Positions 16,467 through 26,381 of a stretch of DNA of 64,000 nucleotides are shown here, one piece after another (the first letter of the stretch is position 1; each line of letters starts with the position of its first letter). The notes under the pieces were generated by a model, which made no database searches, had not been told where the DNA came from, and saw only the letters and a list, made by a program, of their open reading frames with translations. The position numbers and the translations under genes are program-made. This DNA is from an uncultured Prevotellaceae bacterium (GTDB lineage Bacteria; Bacteroidota; Bacteroidia; Bacteroidales; Bacteroidaceae): positions 24,784-88,783 of the forward strand of contig CADBBP010000001.1 of assembly GCA_902792855.1 (NCBI GenBank), written 5' to 3'.

Positions 16467-18083
16467 ATGAGAAAAGCTTTACTTTTGTTTGCTGCATTTG
16501 CCTTGAGCATCTGTGCATGGGCCCAGTGGCCTTCCAGCACCGACAAGGCAGTACAAATCTCATTACCCGGACAGAGCGACTACGGCTGCCAGACAGCCTT
16601 CTCACCCGATGGCGTCACCTACGTGGTGAAAATCGTGCCACAAAGACCCGGAGAGGCAGGCCTCACCGTGCTTAGCTACCGTCTCTATGCCCTCGACAAG
16701 GACGGTGTTCTCCTTTCGCCCGCAGAAGGATACGACATCGCCACCGAGAACAACAAATCGTGGACGGCCGTCAACTCGCAACTTTACGTGGACAAGGATG
16801 GTAATGCCATCGTGATGTGCTGCGACAGCCGAAACGCAAGGGAATACTCCGATGAACAAGGATACACCATCTACAAAGTTAATCCCAAAGGAGAAGTCAT
16901 CTGGAAAGCAGACCTCGACAAGGGCAATGTTTACTATCTCCCAGTGAGCATCAACTGCGTTGAGGACACCGACGGCAACTATCTTTTTGCATACACGCCA
17001 TACACCACGATTGAGGCAAACGCAGTACCGCCCTTGCTCTTGGAGAAACTCGACAAGAACACCGGCGCCACCATCTGGACACGCAAGATGGAACACGAAA
17101 CCAGACCCTACGCCTATCCCCACCTGGTGGCCTCCAACAACAACCAGTCGCTTCTCTTCTACCTCTACACCTCCAACCAGTATGTCTATGCCAAGATGCT
17201 CGACAAGGACGGCAACGACGTATGGGATAGCGACGCACGCGTCTATCGCGGCGGCTTTGGCAGCATCCCCGCCCACGTCACCATCAAGTCGTTCGAGGGA
17301 CCCGACGGCGGCGGACTGTTCACCTGGCGCGACGACCGCAATTATGAGGATGTCTATGCCTCATACGCCTCTTATATCAAGGCCGACGGCAGCTATGGCT
17401 TCCCGGGCGAGACCGATGCCTTGAAGGTGTGCTACGACGACTTCCAGTCGCGCAATTCCGCCGACATAGCATGGAGCGAGCAGCATAACTGCTTCTACGC
17501 CGCCCTGCAAATCTTCAACCAAGCCTACCAGAACTACCAAGGACTGTATGTGCAGAAGATTTCAAAGGAAGGCGAACTGCTCTGGGGTCCCAATGGTCTG
17601 GCCTTGGAGCCTCTGGAAGAACAAAGCATCTACAACGACCCCATCGTGCGTATCGACAACGAGGGCAATCCCGTGGTGTTCTACATGAAGACGACAGACA
17701 TCTATACATACCAGACCAACGACATTCAGCAGTGTGCCGTGAAACTGGACAAGGACGGCAACAAGCTTTTCTCTGAAGAGGTGACCTTCGACACGCACAA
17801 GAGTTACAAGACCAGCCTCGCCGTTTCCCAACTGATTGACAACAAGTATTGGGTGGTGGCCTGGTCCGACAACCGTTTCGGTGAAATGGACTACGGCTCC
17901 AACAACATGATGGCCACCCGCTTCAACGTGGACGGGACAATAGGCGACCCGGAGAGCGGCATTCATGCCATCGAAGCGGGTGCCACGTCCGACGATGCCT
18001 ATTTCGACCTCTCGGGCCGACGCGTCTCCCAACCCTCCAAGGGCATATACATCCGCAATGGGCGCAAGACCGTTGTGAGGTGA
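16467..18083 (+). CDS. T9SS-sorted hypothetical surface protein
   Basis: Signal peptide MRKALLLFAAFALSICAWAQ. Repeated D(K/G)DGN segments suggest a propeller-like fold. The C-terminal tail is YFDLSGRRVSQPSKGIYIRNGRKTVVR. I prefer the ATG at 16467 over the TTG at 16461. Confidence 0.65.
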   Translation: MRKALLLFAAFALSICAWAQWPSSTDKAVQISLPGQSDYGCQTAFSPDGVTYVVKIVPQRPGEAGLTVLSYRLYALDKDGVLLSPAEGYDIATENNKSWTAVNSQLYVDKDGNAIVMCCDSRNAREYSDEQGYTIYKVNPKGEVIWKADLDKGNVYYLPVSINCVEDTDGNYLFAYTPYTTIEANAVPPLLLEKLDKNTGATIWTRKMEHETRPYAYPHLVASNNNQSLLFYLYTSNQYVYAKMLDKDGNDVWDSDARVYRGGFGSIPAHVTIKSFEGPDGGGLFTWRDDRNYEDVYASYASYIKADGSYGFPGETDALKVCYDDFQSRNSADIAWSEQHNCFYAALQIFNQAYQNYQGLYVQKISKEGELLWGPNGLALEPLEEQSIYNDPIVRIDNEGNPVVFYMKTTDIYTYQTNDIQQCAVKLDKDGNKLFSEEVTFDTHKSYKTSLAVSQLIDNKYWVVAWSDNRFGEMDYGSNNMMATRFNVDGTIGDPESGIHAIEAGATSDDAYFDLSGRRVSQPSKGIYIRNGRKTVVR

Positions 18084-18126
18084 AAAAAGAGCAACCTACT
18101 TTTACCAACCTAAATAACTCAACTTC

Positions 18127-21100
18127 ATGAAAAAAACTTTATGGCTATTCCTGGGCTTCATGCTCTCCATGATGGGAGTGCAAGCCCAAGTCATGCCCTC
18201 CTACTCGTTTGTGTCGAGTTCAGGCACTTACGAGGAGATCAGCGGCGGCACCGTGCTTGCTACGGCTGCCCTCGCGGGCGATGACTTCGACGGGAAGGTG
18301 TTTGGCGCCGAAGGCACGGCAGTGTCATCATCCGGCGCCGTTGCCGGCATCGACATCGGCTTCACCTTCAAGTACAACAACCAGGACATGACGAAGTTTG
18401 TCGTTTACACCAATGGAGCCATCCAATTGGGAACGGGCGACATCAACGTCAATCCTTCTGGCTACTACAACAACTACGCGAATACCGAGAACTACCTTGG
18501 TATGAGCGACATCCGCGGCGTAACCAACAATGATGCCACGGAGGTGAGCTACAAGGTTGAAGGCTCCGCCCCCAACCGCGTGCTCGTCGTGCAATGGAAG
18601 AACGTCTCGAACAAGACAACCCACTGGGGCGACGACGACTTCATCACCAGCAACCACCAAGTCCGCTTGAACGAGGCCGACTGCAGCGTGCAGGTGGTCT
18701 TCGGCGCGTTCACTCCTTCCGAGACGGTATCCGGCGGTGTCAACTTCAAGGTTGGCGTGGGTGGTGGCTCCGACAATCTCCTCCTCACCACCGGCACCTG
18801 GGCGGAGCCGGTGAGCAGCACCAACGATGTTTCTGCCATCAACACGGGCAAGGGGAGTCTTCCCGCCAACGGGCAGACGTTCACCTTCAACGTCCCACCG
18901 CCCTGCACGGCTCCTGTGGCACAGCCCACCGGACTGGTGCTCAGCGCCACCTCCACGCAGTTCACCGGTGAATTCACCGCCTCTGCCTCTGCCGACCACT
19001 ACCTCGTGCTTTGCTCCGACGCTCCCATCACTGCCACCCCGGCCGATGGTGTGACCTATGCTGAAGGCACCGAACTTGGCGGAGCCATCGTGGTGACTTA
19101 CACGGAGAAGACCTCGTTTGAATCGCCTGACGGCCTCTCTGGTTCGACGAAATATTATGTGGCCGTCTTCGCCGCCAACTCCCGCTGCATGAACGGGCCG
19201 AGCTACCTGCTCGCCGCCCCGCTCACTGGTGAGACAAGCACCCTGCCGGCCGCACCCGCCGGCCTGACGGCCGAGGCCACCGGCGTGAGCACCGTGAAGC
19301 TCTCCTTCCAAGGCAACGCCTCTGGAGACAAGGTGCTGGTGGCCCAGACCAACATGGCAGCCATCAACGACTACGACCAGATGCTCGAGTATGGCGCCTT
19401 TGGCCTGCCCTCTGGCGACCTTGCCGTTGGCAGCGAGATAGCCGGCGGTGGCAAGGTGGTCTTCATAGGCACACCTGGCGAAGCCATCACCCTCGAAGGC
19501 CTTGCCGAGAACAACGCTTGGTTCTTCCGCGCCTGGAGTGTTGACGCCAACGGCAACTGCTCCACCACTTACACCGACGCAGCCACCGCCACCGGCGGCA
19601 CGGTGCCCTACGAGCCCGACCTGAGCCAGTTCTCGCCCTACAACTACGAGTCACTGCCTGGTTGGAACGACACGGGCGCCTTCTATATCCAGGAAGACAC
19701 CGAAGGCAACAAGTTCATCGAGTGCAACCCCTCTCCGGTGGACACCGACCACGGTACCGAGGTGTTCACCAACACGCCTTGGGTGACTTTGGGTGAGGGC
19801 ACCAACCGCGTCCTCTTCGACCTGAACATGGTCAACCCGGGACGCTGGGGAATGACGAACCCATACGCATGGAATGAAGACGACGTGATGCTCATCCAAG
19901 CCAGCGAGGACGGCGAGAACTTCACCACCCTCTACACGGTGAACGACAACAACGCCCCGGTGTTTGCAAGTACCACCGACCGCCTGCACTATGGCATCAA
20001 GTTCGACCAGTTTGCTGGCAAGACAGTGCGCCTGCGCATCTACTTCAAGATTTTCAGCCCCATGCGCGCACAATTCTTCAACTTCGCCGTGGAGCAAGTC
20101 AAGGCCGTGGACTATCCTGCCAACCTGAAGGCCACCATGATTGCCGGTGGCAACGTCACCCTGGCATGGGAGAGCAACAACGACCCTGCCGAGACCGACT
20201 GGGAGGTGCGTTACAAGAAGAGCGACGAGAGCGAATGGAGCGAGCCGGTGGCTGTGAGCGGAGAGCCTACCGTCGTGCTTGCCGGACTCGCAGGCCTGAC
20301 GAACTACGAGGCTCAAGTGCGCGCCAAGAAGGGTGACCAGGAGAGCGACTGGACAAAGAGCTACTTCTTCACCACCGGTCTGGCCATCCCGTTTGAGGAC
20401 ACCTTCGCAGAAGGCAATACTGCCGGCTGGACCCCGATGCACGGCGTGCTGACAGAGGCCGGCGGCCCGTTGGAGGACGAAGGCGCATGGAGATACAACA
20501 ACTGGGGACGTGCGATGGTTTATGCCCCCTATGAAGTGCCGGCCGACGACTGGCTCATCAGCCCCACCATCGACCTGGGCGACGGTTCCAAGTCTTACTC
20601 CATCTGCTACGACATCATGCACAGCTACGGCCAGGGCGAAGCCCAGGGCGTGAAATACCAGATTGTGGTGTCGCGTGACAACGGTGCCACATGGAGCACC
20701 AATGACGTGGTGGCCACCTTCAGCGGCGACGACATCCCGGCAGCAGCAACGGAGAGCACCATCTACTCCGCCAACCTCCAGGGCATCACCGGCCCGGTGA
20801 AAGTCGGCTTCTACATCCACATCGAAGGAGGAGACCCCGACCAGCTGCGGATGAGAAAAATCTCCGTTGTGGAGAATGCGGCACCAGAAGGTGGTGAGTT
20901 CACCGTCACCTACGCCGTACAAGAGGGCGATGCACACGCTTCCGGCGAGACCGTCAGCGTGACAGCCAACGGCAAGGAAGTGGCCACCCTCACCTTCGGC
21001 GAGGAAGGCGGTGCCGACTTCACGGCAGCTTCCGCCGACAGCCATGTGGACGGCTTCGTGGCCTACACTCCAGGCAACGGCGTCAACGGCAACAAGGCAG

Positions 21101-24100
21101 GAGGCACCTTCTACACCATCACTCCGAAATACGACGGAAAGATGACCGTCGCCGTCGTGCTCAACAGCGACAAGGACTTCTTCGTCCTGGAGAACGGCAC
21201 AGCCCTGCCCGAATACGACGCATACAGGGCAACGGAGAAATACTACGGAACGTTCGACTTCGACGTGAAGGGCGGCAGCAGCTACAAGATTTACTGCGCC
21301 GGCTCCAAGCTCGGCTTCTACGGCTTCAACTACAGCGGCTCTATCCCGTCGGATGAAATCTACATCGAGACCGACCTCACCAGCCAGTTTGCTTCCCTCA
21401 CCGAGTACACCAACTGGGTGGGTGCCAGCGGCTACGCCACATGGGCGGCTCCACAGGTGACCACCAATGCCGGACAGACCGTCTATATGTGCGAGCGATA
21501 TGACACCAACTGCGAGACCACCGGAGACGTGTTCTACCAGAACCTCACCGGCCTCACACCCGGCACCTACAAGATTGAACTCTACGGCTCGGCTGCCTTT
21601 ACCTTCGGACGTGGCATCCGTTCCGATGCCTTCGCTGACGACGACACACCTGAAGGCCCGCTGACAGAGAATACCGGCATCAAGCTCTACGCACAAACCA
21701 GCGAGGGCGTCGTGGAGCAGGAAATCGCCGCTTACAAGGCCACCTCGTTCTCCGAGGTTTCCACCGCCGTGCTCGACGGCGTGGTAGTGGGCGAAGATGG
21801 TGCCATGAAGCTCGGCATGAGCAAGAACACCAAAGCCACCAACTGGCACATCGTACAGCTGAAGGGCGTCACCGCCAAGGTGCTGGCCTCCGAACTCTTT
21901 GCAACCTACATCGCACAGGCTCAAGCCCTCTTGGGCGAGCCGATGAACGGCGAGACCCTCGCACAGTTGCAGGCCGCCATGGTGGACAACAGCGGCTTCA
22001 CCACCGCTGAGCAATATGAGCAGGCCATCGCCAAGCTTGACGAGGCCATCGCCGAAGCCAACAAATCAATAGCAGCCTACAAGAACGTGAAGGACGCTCT
22101 CGACACCTACGCTGCGAAGGCTGCCCTGCTCGACGCCGACGGCCAGGCCGCATACGACGTCGCTGCCATCCAGAAAGCTTACGACGAGCGCACACTGACC
22201 GACGACAGCGTCACGGCTGAAATCGCTGCCAAGTACATCGCTGCAGTGAAGCAGCAGACCACTCCGGGCTCCGACTACACCGACGCAGGAAGCAAGGCCC
22301 AGAGCGCATGGATTGGCTCCACAGGGGTTTACCAAGGTGACTATGCAGAGCGCTTCGGTGAGGAGATGCCCGCCGACACCATCATGCACCAGACCATCAG
22401 CGGCCTGAAGGAAGGCACCTACAAGGTGGAACTCTACGCCGTGGCAAGCCAGGCTTGGAACAGCGCTGCTGTGGGCAACGACATCACCGTGGCTTACGCC
22501 AACGATGGCATCTACCCGCTTGAGGTCATCGCCCAGGTGGCTTGCGACCCCACGGCATCCGTCGCCACGATGGAAGCCAACGTTGGCAGCGACGGCTTGC
22601 TCGACATGGGCATGCGCAACATCGCTGCAGGTGGCAACTGGTTCGTCATCCAGCTCAAGTCCATCTCGCTCGTGAGCCTGGTGCCCTCCGTAGGAGAGGC
22701 CATCACACTCGACATCGAGAGCGGCAAGGACATCACCACCGAGTTGGCAGCGGCCATGGAAAACAACCCCAAGCCAGCGGCCATCAACATCAACCTCGCT
22801 GCTGGTGGTGAATACACCGTCAGCGGAACCATCGAGACGGCTGCACCGCTCACCATCTCGGGTGACGAGAACAGCATCGCAACCATCGACGCCTCAGCCC
22901 TCAATGCACCGCTGACAGCCATCAGCACCACTCCGTATGAGAGCACGCTCAACGCCGCCAACAACTTCTACGGCATCGGCGACATCGCCTTCAAGAACCT
23001 GAAGGTGAAGGGCCTCAAACAACAGCTCATCTTTGGTAACAAGGTACGCGCACTGATTGACAACCTGATTGTTGACAACTGCATCATCGAAATTGCCGGT
23101 GGCAGCAAGACAACCTTCGATTTCAACGGAGGCGGCGTCGTTGGCCTATTTACGGTGAACAACTCCACCATCTACGGCAACCCGCAGCACACAGGCCAGC
23201 TCTACAGCTCGCAAAGCGGACAGAAGGCCACGGAGGTGAGCGAAGACTTCATTCAGAAGTTCTCTTTCACCAGCAGCACCTTCTTCAACTTCTCCTACGG
23301 CAAGAACGTCACCTCTCACCGCCAGAGCAACCAGAAATGGCTGAGCTACGAACTGACCAACTGCCTCGTGGTGGACTGCGGAAAGGACGGCCAGTTTGTC
23401 AAGGGCCTCAACGGAGGACAAGGAGGCGCCAACCCCACTTGGAGCATCTTCGGCAACTCCTTCCAGCGCATTGTTGACGGCGCATTCACCGACATCAGTG
23501 CCAATGAGAGCACCGGCGACGACGATGAGCCTGTGGTCAACAGCCTGGAAGGCGTGGTGGTCTTCGCCGGCGACTACGCCAACGGCGACTTCACCTTGGG
23601 CAGTTGCCCGCAAAGCGAAGCCTTGATCGGCGACCCGCGCTGGCTGAGCATCGACCACACCCTCGTACTCAACGTGGAGAGTGGCAAGGACATCACCACC
23701 GAGTTGGCAGCCGCCTTGGAGAACAATCCGAAACCGACGGCCATCAACATCAACCTTGCCGCCGACGGCCAATACACCGTCAGCGGAACCATCGAGACGG
23801 CGGCACCGCTCACCATCTCTGGCGACGAAAGCAGCATCGCCACCATCGACGCGGCAGCCCTCAGCGCACCACTGGCAGCCATCAGCACCACCCCGTATGA
23901 GAGCACGCTCAACGCCAACAACAACTTCTATGAAATTGGCAACATCACCTTCCAGAACGTGAAGGTGAAGGGCCTCGCCCAACCGCTCATCTACGGCAAC
24001 AAGGTGCGCGCATTCATAGAGAACCTGCTTGTTGAAAACTGCGTCATCGAGATTGCCGGCGGCAGCAAGACGACCTTCGACTTCAACGGAGGAGGCGTGG

Positions 24101-25728
24101 TGGGACACCTCACGGTGAACAACTCCACCATCTACGCCAACCCGCAACACACCGGCCAGCTTTACAGCTCGCAGAGCGGGCAGAAGGCTACGGAGGTGAG
24201 CGAAGACTTCATTCAGAAGTTCACCTTCACCAACTGCACCTTCTACAACTTCTCCTACGGGAAGAACGTCACATCCCATCGCCAGAGCAACCAGAAATGG
24301 CTGAGCTATGAGATGAGCGGCTGCATCGTGGTGGACTGCGGCAAGGACGGTCAGTTCGTCAAGGGTCTCAACGGTGGACAAGGCGGCCCCAACCCCATCT
24401 GGGACATCAACGGCAACTCCTTCCAACGCATTGTTGACGGCAAGTTCACCGACATCAGCGCCAACGAGAGCACCGGCGACGACGAGGAGCCCGTGGAGAA
24501 CAACGTGGAAGGCGTGGTGGCCTTTGCCGGAGACTATGCCAACGGCGACTTCACCTTGGGTTATTGCGTACAGGATATCTTGGGCATAGGAGACCCGAGG
24601 TGGCTAAGTGGCACCAATTACTATAACTTCGTGGCCAGCGAATGGATTGCCGGCGACCCGGGACGCATCAGCCCCGACCAAGTAAGCGTCAATGAGGAGG
24701 AGAACACCATCACGGTGAGCCAGACGGGACAGAACAACGTGAATCTGCTCTTCCGCTCTCAGAACGTCTATACCGTGCCGGCAGAAGCCCGTTACTTCAT
24801 CATCACCGCCAAAGGTCTTTCCACCAACGACGGCGACAGTTATCTCTGGTGGCTGAACAACACCAACGACGGAGGACAGTACAAGCCCACTGCCATCTAT
24901 GAGGAGGACGGAGAGACCGTCTTCGCATGGGATGCCAACCTCCTTCCCATCGGCGGCAACCTCGGCTTCGAAACAACGGAGTTCAAGGACGACGGCGGAT
25001 GGAGCACCACCTTTGGTATGACACTGGCCGACCCGGCCGTGCCGGCAGTCATCAGCTACATCGGCTTCACCAACAACATCGAGCAACCGACGGAGGAGGC
25101 TGAGTATGCATGGGACGCCACACTTTGGGTGGCCGGCGACCCGGGACGCATCTCACCCGACAAGGTGGTGGTGGACGAGACGGCCAACACCATCACGGTG
25201 AGCCAGACGGGCGACAACAACGTGGCATTGCTCTATCAGACCGACAAGGTGCTCTACGTGAACAACGCGAAGTACTTCGTCATCCAGGGCAAGGGGCTCT
25301 CCATCGCTGCCACCAAGTCTTACCTCTGGTGGCTGAACAACACGAACAACGGCAGCCAGGTGGAACCCAACATCGCTGTTGAGGACCAGGACGGCACCGT
25401 CACCCTCGTGTGGACCATCGCCGACACCGGCCTGGGAGCTTCCTTCGAGACGGAGACAGGCAAGACCTACCTCGTGGGCAACGCCGGATGGAACACCACC
25501 TTCGGCCTCACCTTGGCCGATGAGAACGTGCCAGCCGTCATCAGCTACATCGGCTATGAGACAACCAACTCCGACATCGTGAAACATGCGGAGGAACTCA
25601 CAGGCATCGTCAACGTGACCATCGACGTGGCCAACGGCGACATCTACGACCTCATGGGCCGCAAGGTGCTCACACCGCGCAAGGGCAACGTCTATATCCA
25701 AAACGGAAAGAAGTTTGTCGTGAAATAA
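18127..25728 (+). CDS. giant (2533 aa) multidomain T9SS-sorted cell-surface protein
   Basis: It has a signal peptide, FN3-like segments (for example NLKATMIAGGNVTLAWES...YEAQVRA) and an Ala-rich helical segment. Two 320-aa beta-helix-like modules end in GDPRWLS, and two 161-aa modules follow. The C-terminal tail is IYDLMGRKVLTPRKGNVYIQNGKKFVVK. Confidence 0.85.
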   Translation: MKKTLWLFLGFMLSMMGVQAQVMPSYSFVSSSGTYEEISGGTVLATAALAGDDFDGKVFGAEGTAVSSSGAVAGIDIGFTFKYNNQDMTKFVVYTNGAIQLGTGDINVNPSGYYNNYANTENYLGMSDIRGVTNNDATEVSYKVEGSAPNRVLVVQWKNVSNKTTHWGDDDFITSNHQVRLNEADCSVQVVFGAFTPSETVSGGVNFKVGVGGGSDNLLLTTGTWAEPVSSTNDVSAINTGKGSLPANGQTFTFNVPPPCTAPVAQPTGLVLSATSTQFTGEFTASASADHYLVLCSDAPITATPADGVTYAEGTELGGAIVVTYTEKTSFESPDGLSGSTKYYVAVFAANSRCMNGPSYLLAAPLTGETSTLPAAPAGLTAEATGVSTVKLSFQGNASGDKVLVAQTNMAAINDYDQMLEYGAFGLPSGDLAVGSEIAGGGKVVFIGTPGEAITLEGLAENNAWFFRAWSVDANGNCSTTYTDAATATGGTVPYEPDLSQFSPYNYESLPGWNDTGAFYIQEDTEGNKFIECNPSPVDTDHGTEVFTNTPWVTLGEGTNRVLFDLNMVNPGRWGMTNPYAWNEDDVMLIQASEDGENFTTLYTVNDNNAPVFASTTDRLHYGIKFDQFAGKTVRLRIYFKIFSPMRAQFFNFAVEQVKAVDYPANLKATMIAGGNVTLAWESNNDPAETDWEVRYKKSDESEWSEPVAVSGEPTVVLAGLAGLTNYEAQVRAKKGDQESDWTKSYFFTTGLAIPFEDTFAEGNTAGWTPMHGVLTEAGGPLEDEGAWRYNNWGRAMVYAPYEVPADDWLISPTIDLGDGSKSYSICYDIMHSYGQGEAQGVKYQIVVSRDNGATWSTNDVVATFSGDDIPAAATESTIYSANLQGITGPVKVGFYIHIEGGDPDQLRMRKISVVENAAPEGGEFTVTYAVQEGDAHASGETVSVTANGKEVATLTFGEEGGADFTAASADSHVDGFVAYTPGNGVNGNKAGGTFYTITPKYDGKMTVAVVLNSDKDFFVLENGTALPEYDAYRATEKYYGTFDFDVKGGSSYKIYCAGSKLGFYGFNYSGSIPSDEIYIETDLTSQFASLTEYTNWVGASGYATWAAPQVTTNAGQTVYMCERYDTNCETTGDVFYQNLTGLTPGTYKIELYGSAAFTFGRGIRSDAFADDDTPEGPLTENTGIKLYAQTSEGVVEQEIAAYKATSFSEVSTAVLDGVVVGEDGAMKLGMSKNTKATNWHIVQLKGVTAKVLASELFATYIAQAQALLGEPMNGETLAQLQAAMVDNSGFTTAEQYEQAIAKLDEAIAEANKSIAAYKNVKDALDTYAAKAALLDADGQAAYDVAAIQKAYDERTLTDDSVTAEIAAKYIAAVKQQTTPGSDYTDAGSKAQSAWIGSTGVYQGDYAERFGEEMPADTIMHQTISGLKEGTYKVELYAVASQAWNSAAVGNDITVAYANDGIYPLEVIAQVACDPTASVATMEANVGSDGLLDMGMRNIAAGGNWFVIQLKSISLVSLVPSVGEAITLDIESGKDITTELAAAMENNPKPAAININLAAGGEYTVSGTIETAAPLTISGDENSIATIDASALNAPLTAISTTPYESTLNAANNFYGIGDIAFKNLKVKGLKQQLIFGNKVRALIDNLIVDNCIIEIAGGSKTTFDFNGGGVVGLFTVNNSTIYGNPQHTGQLYSSQSGQKATEVSEDFIQKFSFTSSTFFNFSYGKNVTSHRQSNQKWLSYELTNCLVVDCGKDGQFVKGLNGGQGGANPTWSIFGNSFQRIVDGAFTDISANESTGDDDEPVVNSLEGVVVFAGDYANGDFTLGSCPQSEALIGDPRWLSIDHTLVLNVESGKDITTELAAALENNPKPTAININLAADGQYTVSGTIETAAPLTISGDESSIATIDAAALSAPLAAISTTPYESTLNANNNFYEIGNITFQNVKVKGLAQPLIYGNKVRAFIENLLVENCVIEIAGGSKTTFDFNGGGVVGHLTVNNSTIYANPQHTGQLYSSQSGQKATEVSEDFIQKFTFTNCTFYNFSYGKNVTSHRQSNQKWLSYEMSGCIVVDCGKDGQFVKGLNGGQGGPNPIWDINGNSFQRIVDGKFTDISANESTGDDEEPVENNVEGVVAFAGDYANGDFTLGYCVQDILGIGDPRWLSGTNYYNFVASEWIAGDPGRISPDQVSVNEEENTITVSQTGQNNVNLLFRSQNVYTVPAEARYFIITAKGLSTNDGDSYLWWLNNTNDGGQYKPTAIYEEDGETVFAWDANLLPIGGNLGFETTEFKDDGGWSTTFGMTLADPAVPAVISYIGFTNNIEQPTEEAEYAWDATLWVAGDPGRISPDKVVVDETANTITVSQTGDNNVALLYQTDKVLYVNNAKYFVIQGKGLSIAATKSYLWWLNNTNNGSQVEPNIAVEDQDGTVTLVWTIADTGLGASFETETGKTYLVGNAGWNTTFGLTLADENVPAVISYIGYETTNSDIVKHAEELTGIVNVTIDVANGDIYDLMGRKVLTPRKGNVYIQNGKKFVVK
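22717..24636 (+). repeat. in-frame tandem duplication of 2 x 960 bp (320 aa) within the giant gene
   Basis: The copies start at 22717 and 23677 (ESGKDITTELAAA(M/L)ENNPKP...). Most residues are identical by eye through to GDPRWLS. Confidence 0.9.
24640..25565 (+). repeat. in-frame tandem duplication of about 2 x 483 bp (161 aa) within the giant gene
   Basis: EWIAGDPGRISPDQVSVNEEENTITVSQTG... is repeated as LWVAGDPGRISPDKVVVDETANTITVSQTG.... Both copies end in PAVISYIG. Confidence 0.85.
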
Positions 25729-25755
25729 GCACACGAGCATCCTACTCTCATACGT

Positions 25756-25786
25756 GGGGGAATGGCCTTGGCCATTCCCCCATTTT
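25756..25786 (+). terminator. intrinsic terminator after the giant gene
   Basis: The stem gggggaatgg/ccattccccc is followed by atttt. Confidence 0.6.
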
Positions 25787-25938
25787 GTATCACTTGATTT
25801 TTCAAAATCGAAAAGTTAGGCCAATAATGGCCGGCAAAAACAAATGCCTTTTTATCCATCATATAGGGAAACCTGTTCATTGGGGGGCCTATATGATTGT
25901 TTTTGACCAAAAATTTTGTCTAATTTCGAAAGATATAG

Positions 25939-25946
25939 TATTTTTG
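25939..25946 (+). promoter_or_regulatory. Bacteroidota -7 promoter box (TATTTTTG)
   Basis: Exact TAnnTTTG match 38 nt upstream of the ATG at 25984. Confidence 0.35.
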
Positions 25947-25983
25947 CATTTTCTGAAACATATCAATTCATCATTATATATCT

Positions 25984-26360
25984 ATGCATAGAACCATATC
26001 AAAATGGCTCCTGGTGCCAACCCTGGAGGGCAATACCGGCGGCACATTCATCCGCCTCGCCTCCGGCAAGAGCGCATCCTTCGAGGACTGCTGGTGTACA
26101 CGCTACATCGGCACCGAGCAAGGCACCTGCGTGTTCGGCAAGGTTGGTGTGCCGGAAGGCTGCAAGTGGGAGATGGTGGAGGAGCCAGACCTGCGGTTCG
26201 CCGGCAAGTCCTACTGGAAGAGCAGAACAAACAACTCAGTGAATACTGGGAGATGCTCCTGGAGGCGGGCATGGGAGGTTTTAGCGATGGAGAAGGTATC
26301 ATGGAAACCGACCTCAAAGACAAGAACGCCGTCGAAGTGTCACGCGTCAAACGTAGATAA
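25984..26360 (+). pseudogene. small Cys-rich ORF split by a -1 frame change near 26205-26215
   Basis: Genome-typical G/C-ending codons run in one frame from 25984 to about 26210 (…FEDCWCTRYIGTEQGTCVFGKVGVPEGCKWEMVEEPDLRFAGK). They continue in the -1 frame to the TAA at 26358-26360 (LLEEQNKQLSEYWEMLLEAGMGGFSDGEGIMETDLKDKNAVEVSRVKRR). I recognise no family. Confidence 0.35.
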
Positions 26361-26381
26361 GCCATAGATTATTCAGAAAAT

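Noticed and set aside
19651-22014. A 787-aa minus-strand ORF inside the giant T9SS gene, plus similar ones at 18328..19311 and 23146..24426.
   Set aside because: This is the same GC3 artefact. The products are Gly/Val/Ala/His-rich with no motifs. The plus strand encodes a continuous 2533-aa protein with a signal peptide, a recognisable domain organisation and a CTD.
25785-25991. A 68-aa ORF in the AT-rich spacer after the giant gene, and a 72-aa minus-strand ORF at 25692..25910.
   Set aside because: They have AT-rich atypical codon usage and overlap the terminator and promoter region. There are no motifs.
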